Virus record (IMG/VR): IMGVR_UViG_3300022602_000033
From: a virus
Strand: one strand, 5' to 3'
DNA length: 64,000 nt
The notes beneath the pieces were generated by a model. That model saw nothing but the letters and a program-made list of their open reading frames with translations. It searched no databases and was not told the DNA's origin. Below are positions 45,414 through 53,815 of the stretch, piece by piece. The position numbers were made by a program, and so were the translations under genes. The first letter of the stretch is position 1, and every line of letters begins with the position of its first letter.

Positions 45414-46073
45414 TCAGTCCCTTACCATGCGATAGCGCATGCCCTTTTGTAATTTAACTGGAATCTGCTTGGTCATCATATTTGTTGTGAGGAATAATTC
45501 GCTGCAGAAGTCTACGCCATCCACGCTATAAAGCCAAGGTATCCTCGAGAACGTCTCGCCATAGTCTCGCATCACGTGCATGCTGCCATAGCCAAACTGA
45601 TCGTTGTGTGCCACGTACCATGTGCCGCGATGCTGGAAGTTATGGCCGCTGAGTCCCGGATCGTCTGGCACAGTCAGTCCATCAAACGGTTCCAGCACAA
45701 ACTGATCGCAGTGCCAGTCAAAGCGGGCACGAGCCACATAGTCATAGGTCAGGCGATTGTGCCAAGCATGCCGGTCTGCTAGCTGAAGGCTCTGACCTAT
45801 GCTGTACCACATGCTGAGCACGTTGCGCGGTTCAGACCTATAGGCCCAGATCCTGTCCTTGTACATGCTGGTATCAAAGTCTCGCTGAGATTCAATGATC
45901 ATTGCTCTGGGAGCATACGCACTGCTGATCCAGTTGCGAGACAGCTCTTGCTGATCTGACCACGCATGCACGAACACGTCGGTGTCATGCTGATCTATCA
46001 ATCGACGCCAGCTCTCAGTGCTGACTTCAGTGATGCGAGGTAGGCCCGCAAAGCACAGTGCTAGCCTTGCCAT
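45414..46073 (-). CDS. Putative glycosyltransferase-like protein (start ATG 46073)
   Basis: MARLALCFAGLPR...DVFVHAW...SMWYS...YDYVARARFD...NDQFGYG...SE, a pattern seen in uncharacterised polysaccharide-locus transferases. Confidence 0.6.
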   Translation of the reverse strand: MARLALCFAGLPRITEVSTESWRRLIDQHDTDVFVHAWSDQQELSRNWISSAYAPRAMIIESQRDFDTSMYKDRIWAYRSEPRNVLSMWYSIGQSLQLADRHAWHNRLTYDYVARARFDWHCDQFVLEPFDGLTVPDDPGLSGHNFQHRGTWYVAHNDQFGYGSMHVMRDYGETFSRIPWLYSVDGVDFCSELFLTTNMMTKQIPVKLQKGMRYRMVRD

Positions 46074-46534
46074 GCCCGCAGCCGGTTCACATAATCGCTG
46101 CAGAAACCGTACCAATGCCAGCTGCGTACCATGTCTTCAATCTCCGGCCATTCATAGGTAGCTTCTGGCATCACGCACACGCTCATGGGACTCACGGTCT
46201 CTGGCTTGCCAAAATAGGTCCACACAATGTTGGTGCTGGTTAATGTAATGAGATCGCTCTCATGCCAGAAGAAGTTGTAGTGATGTTTCTGGCTGCGCAG
46301 TGCAAACAGTGCATCAAGATTCTTGCAGTGTATCCACAATCCTTTTTGTTGTAGGTAATCAAACGCTATCTCATGTTCTGGACCATCATGCCCCAGCACC
46401 CACTTGTTGTCTATGCGCCATAGATCAATCTCTGCTTCGAACCCGTGATCCAGGGCTTTGACGATCTGAGCAGGATCGTTCTGCATCTTTGTGTCTGGAC
46501 CGTCCATCAACCCTCGATGTGCTATGAATCTCAT
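46061..46534 (-). CDS. Minimal GDPD/PI-PLC-like phosphodiesterase
   Basis: IAHRG, EAEIDLW, LGHD, WIHCKN, G.CSDY motifs in 157 aa. Confidence 0.75.
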   Translation of the reverse strand: MRFIAHRGLMDGPDTKMQNDPAQIVKALDHGFEAEIDLWRIDNKWVLGHDGPEHEIAFDYLQQKGLWIHCKNLDALFALRSQKHHYNFFWHESDLITLTSTNIVWTYFGKPETVSPMSVCVMPEATYEWPEIEDMVRSWHWYGFCSDYVNRLRAWQG

Positions 46535-46535
46535 G

Positions 46536-47678
46536 TCACACCTTTAGGTTATCTATGGCATTGCGTATCTTGCGAGCACCAGCCAGCGTGCCTTCTGCAT
46601 GCCCATGTATGGCACCGCCCACGTTGGCCATCCAATCCACACCAAACTTGTCCACGATTGGTGGGATCAGTTCTGCTGTCATGCCACAGCTCAGCGCAGG
46701 AACCACGTTGCCCTTGTGCAGGACATCCATGTATGCTGTGATCTCGGCTTCTGGATCTGACAGATAACCACCCCACATGCCAGCATGTATGGTGTCCACA
46801 CCGCTCATGGCTGCCAACTGACACAGCACAGTCCACTCTATGCCAAAGGGATTCTTCTTGCCAGTGATGACCTTGTCGCCGCTCTTCTGATAGTGTATGA
46901 ACAGCGGGAGGTCAAGATTGCGTATGGTGCGATAGCTACCAAGCCCGCTCCACACGTTGATGTGCACGCCGTTGCCGCCGTTCTGGCTCACGAATCTTGC
47001 ACGGTTTTCAATGTGAGCAGGATCGCTGTTGATGCAGAAGCAATACACAACTCTCTTGTCCTGTAGGTAATTGCTGATCAGCTCAACTCGATCTTCCAGT
47101 CGGCATATGGCAGGATTGCTGAGTATCTCGTCTTCCTTGATGAAGTTAACACCGCCTTCTACCAGCTGCTTGGTCATGTCCAGCAGCGTCTGTGGTGTGA
47201 TGCCAGTCTTGGGCTTGACGATGCCACCGAAGAATGGCTTGCCAAAGTTGCCCGTGTATTCGCGCATGCCAGTGATGCCGTATTTGGGCTTGCGGAAGTG
47301 AGTGTCAATGGTCTGTGGGTGTATCTCCAGACCAACCACTCTGCACTTCTTGATGCTATCTATGTCTGTCTGCCCGCCCTGTATCATGCACAGCAGATGT
47401 GCTATGCCATCACCGTCCCAGTCTATGTTGGCGCTGGGATAGCCTATGGTAACCAAGCCCTTTTTCTTTTCGAAATCCTTGCTGCGGATGATCTTGGCAC
47501 AGTAGGCTTCGATCATCTCGTCTGTTTCCCAGACTGAGCGCTTGGTGGGATTGCCTATGCTCTGCCCCACTGCGATGTTCCAACCTGCGTCGTAGACGCT
47601 AACCGTGCTCTCGACTTCATAGGTAACGTAGAAATACGTGCCCAGTTCTTTTTCATCTCTGACAATATCTATGCTCAT
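46536..47678 (-). CDS. RuBisCO-like protein (form IV RLP)
   Basis: GGIVKPKTG (K155/K157), GGVNFIKEDEIL (K181,D183,E184), TIHAG, PALSCG, NVGGAIHGH..G..AGA. Lacks the equivalents of K334, H294, N123 and E60. Confidence 0.92.
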   Translation of the reverse strand: MSIDIVRDEKELGTYFYVTYEVESTVSVYDAGWNIAVGQSIGNPTKRSVWETDEMIEAYCAKIIRSKDFEKKKGLVTIGYPSANIDWDGDGIAHLLCMIQGGQTDIDSIKKCRVVGLEIHPQTIDTHFRKPKYGITGMREYTGNFGKPFFGGIVKPKTGITPQTLLDMTKQLVEGGVNFIKEDEILSNPAICRLEDRVELISNYLQDKRVVYCFCINSDPAHIENRARFVSQNGGNGVHINVWSGLGSYRTIRNLDLPLFIHYQKSGDKVITGKKNPFGIEWTVLCQLAAMSGVDTIHAGMWGGYLSDPEAEITAYMDVLHKGNVVPALSCGMTAELIPPIVDKFGVDWMANVGGAIHGHAEGTLAGARKIRNAIDNLKV

Positions 47679-47998
47679 TGTATCTCCACCTTGTCTCCTG
47701 GCACGCTGGGTGCTTTGATTACGAATACCTTGCAGTCTGTGACAAATTCTGGATCAGCTATCTCACCACGCTCCAGCAGGAATATCACCGGTCCTGTCAG
47801 TGTCTGTCCCTGCATCTGCATGGTGCCTTCCAGCAGGAACGTGATCTCGTCCATGTGTTCATGGTAGTGTGCAGCCCATGGTTCACCTGCCACATGATGC
47901 TTGTAGCCCACTTCATAGGCCTCTGTGCGCCAGATGCTGGGTTCAAAATCGCCTATGAACCAACCACCCTGATAATCTTTGGGATCAAACAGCTTCAC
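47675..47998 (-). CDS. Cupin-fold protein (putative sugar isomerase/epimerase); GTG start 47998, 107 aa
   Basis: GWFIGDFEPS...HYHEHMDEITFLLEG...G.I. GTGA overlap with the upstream stop and ATGA overlap with the RLP start. Confidence 0.75.
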   Translation of the reverse strand: MKLFDPKDYQGGWFIGDFEPSIWRTEAYEVGYKHHVAGEPWAAHYHEHMDEITFLLEGTMQMQGQTLTGPVIFLLERGEIADPEFVTDCKVFVIKAPSVPGDKVEIQ

Positions 47999-48708
47999 TT
48001 GTGTGCCTCGATGTATATGTCTAGGTCCTCTGGCATGCCTATGGGCCAGTGCTCCTGCGGTGGGTAGATGCCAATGCGATCGCCTCTGGCAATGTTCCAA
48101 TTATACACTGGACAAACATAGAACTCTCCATTTACACGTACATCATCTGCGATCATCTGCTCAGCTGCCCACACAAAATCCTCACCTCGAGTCCACACAT
48201 AGATGCCAGTGGTAGCATGCGGGCTGATAACCTGTTTCTCTGCGGTGCGCATGGCCAATCCGCGATCATCAACTTCTACATAGCTGTAGGCAGTGGTGTC
48301 CTTGAAGAACGTGAGCATGGCACCGTCCAGTCGCTCAGCAACTAACCACTCTTCAAAGTGATCTTGGTCCCAGACCATCATCTGGTCGCAGTTGGCTATG
48401 AACAGCGTTTCCTTGGGTTTGATGTACTGGCGGGCCAACAGGCAGGTCTCTGCTGCTCCTTGCGTTACCTGATCCACGAACACGAGGTTGAGATCAGCTG
48501 CCATGCCTCTGAGCTGGGCGAACAGCGCAGGATCAGCATCATAGTGCTCGCGCAGCACGCACAGCGTGAACGTGTTGTGCAGGCCCAGATTCTCCAGCAC
48601 ATGCTGTACCATGGGCTTGCCAAAGAATTCTATCAGTGGTTTTGGTTTAGCGTAACCCTGTTGGGCGAACCGTGAACCTCGCCCGCTCATGGGTATGAGT
48701 ATGTGCAT
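47995..48708 (-). CDS. Sugar nucleotidyltransferase, BcbE-like GT-A fold
   Basis: IPMSGRGSRF..GY..PKPLI, TQGAAETCL, IANCDQ, AEKQVIS.HAT.GIY, RVNGEFYVCPVYN, IG.PEDL. Confidence 0.85.
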   Translation of the reverse strand: MHILIPMSGRGSRFAQQGYAKPKPLIEFFGKPMVQHVLENLGLHNTFTLCVLREHYDADPALFAQLRGMAADLNLVFVDQVTQGAAETCLLARQYIKPKETLFIANCDQMMVWDQDHFEEWLVAERLDGAMLTFFKDTTAYSYVEVDDRGLAMRTAEKQVISPHATTGIYVWTRGEDFVWAAEQMIADDVRVNGEFYVCPVYNWNIARGDRIGIYPPQEHWPIGMPEDLDIYIEAHK

Positions 48709-48767
48709 GCTGCTGATCCCTTGACTGTATTATTTTATGGATCAAACTGGCGGTATGCCTAAATATT

Positions 48768-49484
48768 TCACGGTTTGGTAGCAGCGAATAGCTTGCCGAT
48801 CTCCACAGCAGTGTCCTTGACGCTGTGCTCAGCCAAGACCAGATCGCTGATGTCAGCATTGTAATCCACACCCACGAATCCAAAAAGATCACCATTGGTC
48901 ATGTAGATCGGACAGCGGATCAGATGCTTGGCTCCGCGGCTCATCCAGAAGTAATAATCTTGGTTTTCTCTGTCCTTGTCGCTGTTCTTGATCACGGCAC
49001 ATCTATCGTTGACAAATTGGTTGTTGATGGCCACGTGTATGCTGGCAGGTATGCGCTGCTCAAAGGTCATGATCCTGGGTGTACCCGGGCTGATCACTTC
49101 ATGCGTCATGGTCTGGAAGAAGAACGGTACGCCGCTGATCGCAGCCAATCCGTTGTGATAGCGATACACGTAGGCTCTCATTCCGTTGGTATCTGACAGC
49201 AATCTGTTGAGATTGCGGTAGATGCTGTTGTCATTCTCCACAGACGTCTTGAGATTCATGCTGAAGCTGGTGATGCTGTGAGCTTCCTCGTAGATGCTGA
49301 CCAAACTGGTAAAATGGAAAGCTATCACGTAGGCTGTGGCAAAGATAGCAGTGATAGCAGCTGTGTATATAAGATGCACAGCCAGCATCAGCGGGCGAGT
49401 GCGAGTTAAATAATCAACTGCTATCTGTGCCAGCGTTGCTTGTTTCTGTTCGTCCAACGGAAAATCCCTTGATTTCAACGCCAA
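48768..49484 (-). CDS. Holin-like membrane protein (one TM helix plus GAF-like domain, T4 gpT-like architecture); TTG start
   Basis: Hydrophobic segment LMLAVHLIYTAAITAIFATAYVIAF, then RAYVYRYHNG...THEV...CPI...GFVGVDY. Late promoter upstream. Confidence 0.55.
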   Translation of the reverse strand: MALKSRDFPLDEQKQATLAQIAVDYLTRTRPLMLAVHLIYTAAITAIFATAYVIAFHFTSLVSIYEEAHSITSFSMNLKTSVENDNSIYRNLNRLLSDTNGMRAYVYRYHNGLAAISGVPFFFQTMTHEVISPGTPRIMTFEQRIPASIHVAINNQFVNDRCAVIKNSDKDRENQDYYFWMSRGAKHLIRCPIYMTNGDLFGFVGVDYNADISDLVLAEHSVKDTAVEIGKLFAATKP

Positions 49485-49491
49485 TAATGCT

Positions 49492-49497
49492 TATTTA
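49492..49497 (-). promoter_or_regulatory. Late promoter core (CATAAATAA)
   Basis: 7 nt upstream of TTG 49484. Confidence 0.65.
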
Positions 49498-49513
49498 TGG
49501 TTTTGCCAAGGCA

Positions 49514-49543
49514 TTGACACCACGCTAGCAGATAGGTTACACT
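49514..49543 (+). promoter_or_regulatory. Sigma70-like promoter TTGACA-N18-TACACT
   Basis: Perfect -35. The -10 ends 6 nt before the dnaJ ATG. Confidence 0.7.
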
Positions 49544-49549
49544 ACGATC

Positions 49550-50428
49550 ATGGAAGACTATTACAAGATACTAGAGCTGAGCGAGTCAGCATCACCGGAC
49601 GAGATCAAGGCCGCCTATCGCAAGCTGGCCAAACAGCATCATCCGGATCTCAACAAGGGCAACGCCAACAGCGAAGCGCTGTTCAAGAAGATCAACGAAG
49701 CCAACGACACGCTGGGCGATCCACAGAAACGTGCGCAGTATGATCAGCAGCGCAAGTTTGGACAGGGCGGACCAGGTGGCAACCCATTTCAGGGATTCCC
49801 TGGACAGGAGTTCCATTTCAACTTTGGTGGGCAACCATTTGAAGAGATGTTTAACCAGTTCTTTGGCGGCGGCCATCCGTTTGCCAGGCATCAAGCTCGA
49901 AACAGGGACTACCAATTCAACATCAACATCAGTTTGGAAGATGCTTTTGCTGGCAAGAGCGTGCCAGTGAGCTTTGATGCCAACAGCAACCAAACCAGCA
50001 TCACAGTGAACATACCAGCTGGCATGGAGAACGGCGCACGCATGCGCTATCAAGGCCAAGGCGAACGCAACGTGCCTAACGCACCCCCAGGCGACCTTTA
50101 CATCACGGTGATGATCAACGAACACAGCGTGTTCCAACGCCATGCGCAGCATCTACATACCAACATGAAAGTGGATGCGATCGGAGCCATGCTGGGCCTG
50201 CAGCAAGATCTACAGACCATAGACGGCAGCATGATAAATGTCAGCGTGCCCTCTGGCACTCAGCATGGCGCTACTCTGCGAGTGCAGGGGCACGGGATGC
50301 CAGTGCAGCACAACAGCAGGCACCGAGGTGATCTTTACATACACATAGAGCTGTCAACTCCCATCAACCTAACTGAAAGCCAGCGTGACATGCTGCTAGA
50401 GATACAACGCCAGAGGAGCGCCAAATGA
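49550..50428 (+). CDS. dnaJ: Class B J-domain co-chaperone (DnaJ/CbpA-like, no zinc finger)
   Basis: DYYKIL, AYRKLAKQHHPDLN, G/F-rich linker, GDLY C-terminal domains. Confidence 0.93.
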   Translation: MEDYYKILELSESASPDEIKAAYRKLAKQHHPDLNKGNANSEALFKKINEANDTLGDPQKRAQYDQQRKFGQGGPGGNPFQGFPGQEFHFNFGGQPFEEMFNQFFGGGHPFARHQARNRDYQFNINISLEDAFAGKSVPVSFDANSNQTSITVNIPAGMENGARMRYQGQGERNVPNAPPGDLYITVMINEHSVFQRHAQHLHTNMKVDAIGAMLGLQQDLQTIDGSMINVSVPSGTQHGATLRVQGHGMPVQHNSRHRGDLYIHIELSTPINLTESQRDMLLEIQRQRSAK

Positions 50429-50934
50429 TACTGCCCATAGTCACACGCCCAGATCCAGTGCTCAAGCAGACTGCCAGGCTGATAGAACCCCAAGAGATTC
50501 CAGGTCTGGCAACGTTGATCGCAGACATGTTCGACACCATAGCAGCCCACGGCGGCGTGGGATTGGCAGCACCACAGGTCGGACACAGCATCAACCTATT
50601 TGTGGTGCGAGTGGATGGCAACGATCACGTGTTCATCAATCCCGTGGTGCTCAATGCCAGCGATGACATGGATGAGATGCCAGAAGGCTGCCTCAGCCTG
50701 CCAGGACTCACGCTCAAGGTCAAGCGCAGCAAGCAGATCAAGGTCATGTTCAGAGATCGCGAAGGTAACCAGCAGATCACTGACATGGGCGAAGGATGGA
50801 GCAGGATCTTCCTGCATGAGTTTGATCATCTACAGGGCGTGATGATTGACGACAGAGTGGGCCGAGTCACCCTGGACTTGGCCAAGCGCAAGGCAGCCAA
50901 GAAGCAAAAGCGTCAGCAGAGGGTCACAGCATGA
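50425..50934 (+). CDS. def: Peptide deformylase
   Basis: GVGLAAPQVG, EGCLS, HEFDHLQG motifs. Confidence 0.95.
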   Translation: MILPIVTRPDPVLKQTARLIEPQEIPGLATLIADMFDTIAAHGGVGLAAPQVGHSINLFVVRVDGNDHVFINPVVLNASDDMDEMPEGCLSLPGLTLKVKRSKQIKVMFRDREGNQQITDMGEGWSRIFLHEFDHLQGVMIDDRVGRVTLDLAKRKAAKKQKRQQRVTA

Positions 50935-53219
50935 GCATGAACAGCTTCGAACAACCATTACAGCGTGCCTATCAGCTGGCCAGCAGCCTCAATCACGAGC
51001 TGGTCACGCTGGAACATCTGCTGGCAGGACTGCTGGAAATGGAACCCATACAGGAACTGATCACCAGAGGCGGTGGCGATCTCAATAGCCTGGTTAGGGC
51101 AACCAGCGATTGGCTGGGCACAGATGCCAATCACGTGATCGTCAAGGCTGGCAGCTATCAGCCGCGCCACACCAGCTTGCTCAGCAACGTGATCAAGAAG
51201 GCCAAGACACAGAGCATGTTCAGCGGGCGCAACGACATTGGACCGGTGGACATACTGCTGGCACTGTATCACATACCAGATAGCCCTGCCAGTTGGTTCT
51301 TGGAGAAGTTTGCACCGAGCAAGGAACGCATAGCTGAGCTAATCAGCAAAGGCGATGTTTCAGCAGACATGGCCATGGACAGCAAAACCGCGTTAGAAAT
51401 ACTCAGTGCCTACTGCATCGATCTCAATGCCAAGGCACAGGCAGGACGCATAGATCCACTGATTGGTCGTGAAAAGGAAGTGGAGCAGATCACGCAGATC
51501 ATTGCTCGCCGCAACAAGCACAACGTGATCATGACTGGCGATCCTGGCGTGGGCAAGACCATCATCGTGGAAGGATTGGCTCGCCGCATCGTGGAAGGTG
51601 CAGTGCCAGACAGCTTGGCAGATCACACCATCTGGAATCTGGATGTGGCAACGTTGGTGGCTGGCACCAAGTTCAGAGGTGATTTCGAAGAGCGACTGAA
51701 ACAGATCATCGCAGCGTTCACAGCACTGCCCAGGACCATCATGTTCATCGACGAGATACACATGATCATGGGCGCAGGCAATGGTGGCGGTGGCGGTAGC
51801 ATTGATGCTGCTAACATGCTGAAACCAGCTCTGAGCCGAGGCGATATCTGCTGCATCGGCAGCACCACGCAGGAAGAATATCGCAAGCATTTTGAGAAAG
51901 ATCGCGCATTGGTGCGTCGATTCCAAAAGCTGGACATCTTTGAGCCCAGCGCAGAAGACAGCAAACGCATATTACAGGGCATTGCCAAGCATTACGAGGA
52001 ATATCACGGACTGGAGTTTGATGTCTCAGCATTGGATGCAGCAGTTGATCTCACTGCTAGGCACATACATGACAAGTGCTTGCCAGACAAAGCCATTGAT
52101 ATCATAGACAGTGCTGCAGCCTGGCAGAGGATCAAGCCAGAAGCAGAACGTGCCAAGACCATCACCAGAGACCTGATCGAAGCAGAAGTCAGCAGAGTAG
52201 CCAAGGTTCCGGTGACCACAGTGAAGAGCAAGGAAGCTGACAAGCTGAGCCAACTTGAGACAGATCTCAACACCAAGATCTTTGGACAGACAGATGCTAT
52301 CGATGGCGTGGTCAATGCCATCTACATGAGCCGCAGCGGCCTGCGTGAGAGCGATAAGACAGTGGGCAGCTTCCTGTTCTCAGGACCCAGCGGCGTGGGC
52401 AAGACCGAAGTGGCCAAGCAGTTAGCACGCAGCTTAGGCGTGCATTTTGCTAGATTTGACATGAGCGAGTACCAAGAACGTCACACCGTGAGCAAGTTCA
52501 TCGGATCACCTCCGGGCTACGTGGGTTACGGCGACGGTGGCGCAGGCGGTGGCGTGCTGATCAACGAGCTGGACACTCACCCACACTGTGTGCTGCTGTT
52601 TGACGAGATCGAGAAGGCACATCCAGACGTTTACAACATCTTCCTGGCTCTGATGGATCATGGCACAGTGACCAGCAGCCAAGGCAAATCAGCCAGCGCA
52701 CGCAATGCCATCGTGATCTTCACCAGCAATCTGGGCGCAGCTGACATGGAAAAGGAGCTGATTGGTTTCACCAAGAGCACAGTGCGCGACGAAGACACAC
52801 AGGCCATCAACCGGTTCTTCACGCCAGAGTTCCGCAACAGGCTGGATGCAATCATCAAGTTCAACAAGCTGAACAAGGATAACATGGACAGCATAGTTGA
52901 CAAGTTCCTCAGCGAGCTCAATGCGTTAAGCAACAGCAAGAACGTGAACATCGTGTGCGATCCTGCTGCCAAGCAGTGGCTGATTGACAAGGGATTTGAC
53001 ACAAACATGGGTGCACGACCACTGGCCAGAGTGATCACAGACCACATCAAGAAACCACTGAGCCGCGAGATGCTGTTTGGCAAGCTGCGCCACGGTGGTG
53101 CAGTGATGGTCACTGCCAAGGACGGCAAGCTGGAGTTTGAATATCTCAGCAACCCAGAACCCATGGCTGACGACACGCTGCTGTTACCCAGCCCCACAAC
53201 TGAGGATGTCACACAATGA
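50931..53219 (+). CDS. clpA: ClpA-type AAA+ unfoldase
   Basis: Clp N domain (EHLL), GDPGVGKT and GPSGVGKT Walker A motifs, FIDEIH, DEIEKAHPD, IGF ClpP-docking loop, GARPL. No middle domain. Confidence 0.93.
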   Translation: MSMNSFEQPLQRAYQLASSLNHELVTLEHLLAGLLEMEPIQELITRGGGDLNSLVRATSDWLGTDANHVIVKAGSYQPRHTSLLSNVIKKAKTQSMFSGRNDIGPVDILLALYHIPDSPASWFLEKFAPSKERIAELISKGDVSADMAMDSKTALEILSAYCIDLNAKAQAGRIDPLIGREKEVEQITQIIARRNKHNVIMTGDPGVGKTIIVEGLARRIVEGAVPDSLADHTIWNLDVATLVAGTKFRGDFEERLKQIIAAFTALPRTIMFIDEIHMIMGAGNGGGGGSIDAANMLKPALSRGDICCIGSTTQEEYRKHFEKDRALVRRFQKLDIFEPSAEDSKRILQGIAKHYEEYHGLEFDVSALDAAVDLTARHIHDKCLPDKAIDIIDSAAAWQRIKPEAERAKTITRDLIEAEVSRVAKVPVTTVKSKEADKLSQLETDLNTKIFGQTDAIDGVVNAIYMSRSGLRESDKTVGSFLFSGPSGVGKTEVAKQLARSLGVHFARFDMSEYQERHTVSKFIGSPPGYVGYGDGGAGGGVLINELDTHPHCVLLFDEIEKAHPDVYNIFLALMDHGTVTSSQGKSASARNAIVIFTSNLGAADMEKELIGFTKSTVRDEDTQAINRFFTPEFRNRLDAIIKFNKLNKDNMDSIVDKFLSELNALSNSKNVNIVCDPAAKQWLIDKGFDTNMGARPLARVITDHIKKPLSREMLFGKLRHGGAVMVTAKDGKLEFEYLSNPEPMADDTLLLPSPTTEDVTQ

Positions 53220-53545
53220 ATCCAGTGTTGATGACTCTGATTGACATGGGAGCGCTGGCCAAGGACAGCATAGTAACGGCCAGGCAGGGCACAGCAAACA
53301 GATTTGGGGTGGTCAACTACAGATCCAGCGAATACCTGATCAAAGACATAGTGAACACAGCACAAGGCACGCTGCTTAGCCTGCGCGAGAGCGATGGTGT
53401 AAATATGCTGAACGTGATGGTTGAGGACGTGCTAGCCATAGATGGCATGAGCATAGAGAGATACGCTGAGATCTACAACATCAACGCAGACGGTAGCTTG
53501 CGCAGCATGGGTCGCAAGCGGGGTCGCAAGCCAAAGATCAGATAA
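53216..53545 (+). CDS. Hypothetical protein with basic C-terminal KRGRKPK
   Basis: ATGA coupled to clpA. IDGM..ERYAE.YNINADG motif. Confidence 0.75.
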   Translation: MNPVLMTLIDMGALAKDSIVTARQGTANRFGVVNYRSSEYLIKDIVNTAQGTLLSLRESDGVNMLNVMVEDVLAIDGMSIERYAEIYNINADGSLRSMGRKRGRKPKIR

Positions 53546-53562
53546 AACCGTCAATTTCAGCC

Positions 53563-53569
53563 ATAAGTA
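53563..53569 (+). promoter_or_regulatory. Variant late promoter (ATAAGTA)
   Basis: CCATAAGTATC upstream of the GGGAG RBS for 53594. Confidence 0.45.
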
Positions 53570-53593
53570 TCAGATCCAACAGGGAGAAGACAC

Positions 53594-53776
53594 ATGGCTA
53601 AATTGGTAGAAGAATTGGTAGTGATCAAGCTGAGCCGCATGGTCAAGGACAGTGCAGCAGATGGTACTGTGTTATCAGACGAGCAACGCAGCGTGTTAGA
53701 AGCCACAGCACCTGCGCTCATAGAAGAAGTGTTGAATGATGCCGCTGTGATGGTAGAGCTAGCAGAATTAGGCTAA
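53594..53776 (+). CDS. Small hypothetical protein
   Basis: 60 aa with a good RBS. MAKLVEELVVIKLSRMVKD... Confidence 0.7.
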   Translation: MAKLVEELVVIKLSRMVKDSAADGTVLSDEQRSVLEATAPALIEEVLNDAAVMVELAELG

Positions 53777-53787
53777 ACACCTGCCGC

Positions 53788-53793
53788 TAAATA
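53788..53793 (+). promoter_or_regulatory. Late promoter core (GCTAAATAC), flanked by TGCCGC/GCGGCA
   Basis: Upstream of ATG 53816. Confidence 0.7.
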
Positions 53794-53815
53794 CTAGAAG
53801 CATTCAGGCGGCATC

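Noticed and set aside
46536-47678. Bona fide CO2-fixing RuBisCO (rbcL)
   Set aside because: Missing K334, H294, N123 and E60 equivalents, only 380 aa, and no rbcS or prk nearby.
49407-53405. Intragenic TAAATA at 49407 and 53400 as promoters
   Set aside because: Poor match to the extended (A/C)TAAATA(T/C) context, and some hits are expected by chance.
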